Source: Phoronis australis (taxonomy: Eukaryota > Animalia > Phoronida). Taken from it: a stretch of 64,000 nucleotides of DNA. Made by a program: the position numbers and the translations under genes. The stretch's first letter is position 1; each line of letters starts with the position of its first letter. Positions 61,456 through 64,000 of the stretch are shown here, one piece after another. Below the pieces are notes generated by a model, which made no database searches, was not told the DNA's origin, and saw only the letters and a list, made by a program, of their open reading frames with translations. The stretch spans positions 519,850 to 583,849 of the forward strand of contig NMRA01000110.1 of the NCBI GenBank assembly GCA_002633005.1, written 5' to 3'.

Positions 61456-61785
61456 AAGTCCTTAGTACACAGTCAACGATTTACATACCTAGTTAATGTT
61501 TTCAGCCTTCTCTCTGAAGCCTTTCTCAAACTAATAATGACGTGAGAGGCTGGGACATGTGACGTCAACCTGTGTGGAGACATCTGATGGATGTCTGGGA
61601 ATGTTAGTCTGGTTAAAACGTATCTCAAGCAGACATGTTCCAAGACATCTGTCAGATGTCCTCACGCAGGAGGACGTCACACATCCCAGCCTTTCATTAT
61701 TCATTATTAGTTTGAGAAATGCCTCAGAGTGAAGGCCGAAATCGTTAACCAAGTATGTAAATCATTGACAGTGTATTAAGAACTT
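61456..61785. mobile_element. Near fully palindromic (fold-back) MITE downstream of the FBXL5 stop
   Basis: tacacagtcaacgatttacata...tatgtaaatcattgacagtgta, with complementarity continuing inward (ctcaaactaataatga/tcattattagtttgag; gacatctga/tcagatgtc) for ~150 bp per arm. Confidence 0.8.
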
Positions 61786-62252
61786 TATTGTCATCTGCAG
61801 TGTGGATTAATTATTGACTTTCACCGATTCAGGCTCAGAGGCTCCCTCTAGTGGCAAAATGACTTTAATGGTTGGTAGGTTCTAATGCAAATGGTAAAGA
61901 TTCATTATAACTGCATGTGCCGTACCTTCTTTGACTTGTCATTCTTCAAAGTTATGAATTTCTATCTAAAATAAAAGCTTGTGAGATGAAGGATACCTGG
62001 GGTCATTGTTAGTGGAGTCCCATCTGTCTACAGTCCAGTGGTAACATATGAACTGTTGGCATTGTATGGTTGTATGAGCCCGCATATAATGATCACTACC
62101 TGCATTCTCCCAAGGCAATTCCCAATGTGGGCTGACTATTACGCAATCACAATGTAATCTGTACACCAGCGATTGGCAGAGTGCAGACACTATTTTTTGC
62201 TCTTCGTTAATTACTCCGGGATTTCTTGTTACCAACACATTCATGATGGTAC

Positions 62253-62760
62253 AATTATCTCCCTCTAACATTACTGACACATTGTAACATAATATGAGAC
62301 ATGTTAATGATGAAGGTAATTAGTAGTTATCTCCCTCTAACATTACTGACACATTGTACCAAAACATGAGACATGTTAATGATGAAGGTAATAAGTAGTT
62401 ATCTCCCTCTAACATTACTGACACATTGTACCAAAACATGAGACATGTTAATGATGAAGGTAATAAGTAGTTATCTCCCTCTAACATTACTGACACATTG
62501 TACCAAAACATGAGACATGTTAATGATGAAGGTAATAAGTAGTTATCTCCCTCTAACATTACTGACACATTGTACCAAAACATGAGACATGTTAATGATG
62601 AAGGTAATAAGTAGTTATCTCCCTCTAACATTACTGACACATTGTACCAAAATATGAGACATGTTAATGATGAAGAGTAATTAGTAGTTATCTCCCTCTA
62701 ACATTACTGACACAGTGTATCAAAACATGAGACATGTTAATGATGAAGATTAATTAGTAG
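62253..62760. repeat. 72-bp tandem repeat x~7
   Basis: ttatctccctctaacattactgacacattgtaccaaaacatgagacatgttaatgatgaaggtaataagtag. Confidence 0.92.
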
Positions 62761-64000
62761 TAAGGACACTTATTCAACGTGTAAAAAAGTTTTGGTCGTC
62801 GGGTCTTGTAATTTCTCTCTTTTAAGAGGATTTCCCTTTTTGGTTTTGATTTCCAATTTCTTCTCTTCCGTCTCTTTGTTAGCATTATTTCGACTTTATT
62901 CATGCAAAAACGTTTATTTCAGTTAAATTTACAGTGCAAAAAATATATCTTTCACACAAACCTATCTGTGGAACGATAAATCACCTGGCAAATTATCCTC
63001 ATTTTTCTCATTCATCATTTCAAGCCTTGGCTTGTGCATCCTGAGACGTACACCTATTCATCCTGAGGCATACACTGAGGCATCAAAAACCAGGTTGCTT
63101 GCTGGGCAACTGTATCAGAAAAAAGTGTGTCAGCCCGAAGTAAGCTCACCCAGTTTTTTATGTAGTGAGATTTTCAGGACTCAAAAATTCCATTTCGCAC
63201 TGGCGCAACTGAGAAACTTGCTACAAATTGTAAATCGAAATTCGTTTGTTTAATTGGGCAGATGTTGCCTGCTGAGCAATGATGTCATTGCCATCACGTT
63301 TGCTAGAAACTCAAAATAACACACCTGCACATTTTGTAAAGTTGATGTTACAGCCAGTATAGAGAGGTCTTATATAAAGTGACTTTGTCCACCACTGGCG
63401 GAGTAGACCTGCCGTTTCACCTGTGTTCTATACCACCATTCAATTTCACCCTAAAAATCGCCAGTAAACTGTAGCACAATCCAAACAGAGTGTCTCGGGA
63501 CAACTTTTATTCAACTATAGATTTCAATATCATAGAGAGCACTGTAATCTCCAAACTTTTGATTCTGTGAAGAGCTGGCGTGATTTACTCGTGATTCACT
63601 TAGTCAATGTGTAATGCTCAAGCTATGTATCTACTTCTTCACCACCAGGTGTCCTTTGTTGACACGAAGACGAGACATATTTGTTATTAGGGCTGTCTGT
63701 ACACACTGCACGGCTGGGTTTAGCTGCTGAGTCAACACCATGCACATTGAATTATACACACAATGCTCCTTTTACACAGACCGGAAGTGATACAGTGTGA
63801 ATAGTGTTTGTCAAATAGAACTATTTTTATGTGTTAATTAAACCTAGTTCAATACATTAATTCTTAATCTCTGCTTGGGAATCTCAATGCTATTTTTGAT
63901 CTGGCTTACGTAGCCTGCTATTATAAGAACACGGTCATGATAGCAACCACAAATGTATCTATAACACTTGTCTTGACTTGTGTTACCGAAGTCGATTCAG

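Noticed and set aside
61787-61812. Iron-responsive element (CAGTG loop) in the FBXL5 3' region
   Set aside because: c-atctg-CAGTG-tggat pairs only with a 5-nt loop and two G-U pairs, and the lower stem is irregular; it does not fit the canonical C-N5-CAGWGH-N5 IRE. The CAGTGC near 51573 also lacks a stem.

Overview
Eukaryotic, AT-rich genomic DNA with GT-AG introns, from an invertebrate animal (lophotrochozoan-like by impression only; species cannot be determined). Three protein-coding genes are supported. (1) A 5'-truncated, plus-strand gene of about 44 exons (634-47885) that I spliced by hand into one open frame of about 2500 aa. It encodes a highly charged alpha-helical protein made of five tandem ~400-465 aa modules that share two exactly conserved intron positions, and it has several candidate 21-39 nt frame-preserving microexons. 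(2) An intronless minus-strand SPMIP1/ATP6V1FNB-like gene (50923-51486). (3) A complete 9-exon FBXL5 iron/oxygen sensor gene (51696-61080), head-to-head with gene 2 across a 209-bp promoter carrying a CRE and an X-box-like motif. Introns hold many minisatellites (often built from or abutting splice sites), a tRNA-derived SINE family and several MITEs. Single-N gaps lie at 24980, 41408 and 52370; the first flanks a probable false (haplotypic) duplication of three exons. All calls are by-eye, and no database searches were run.
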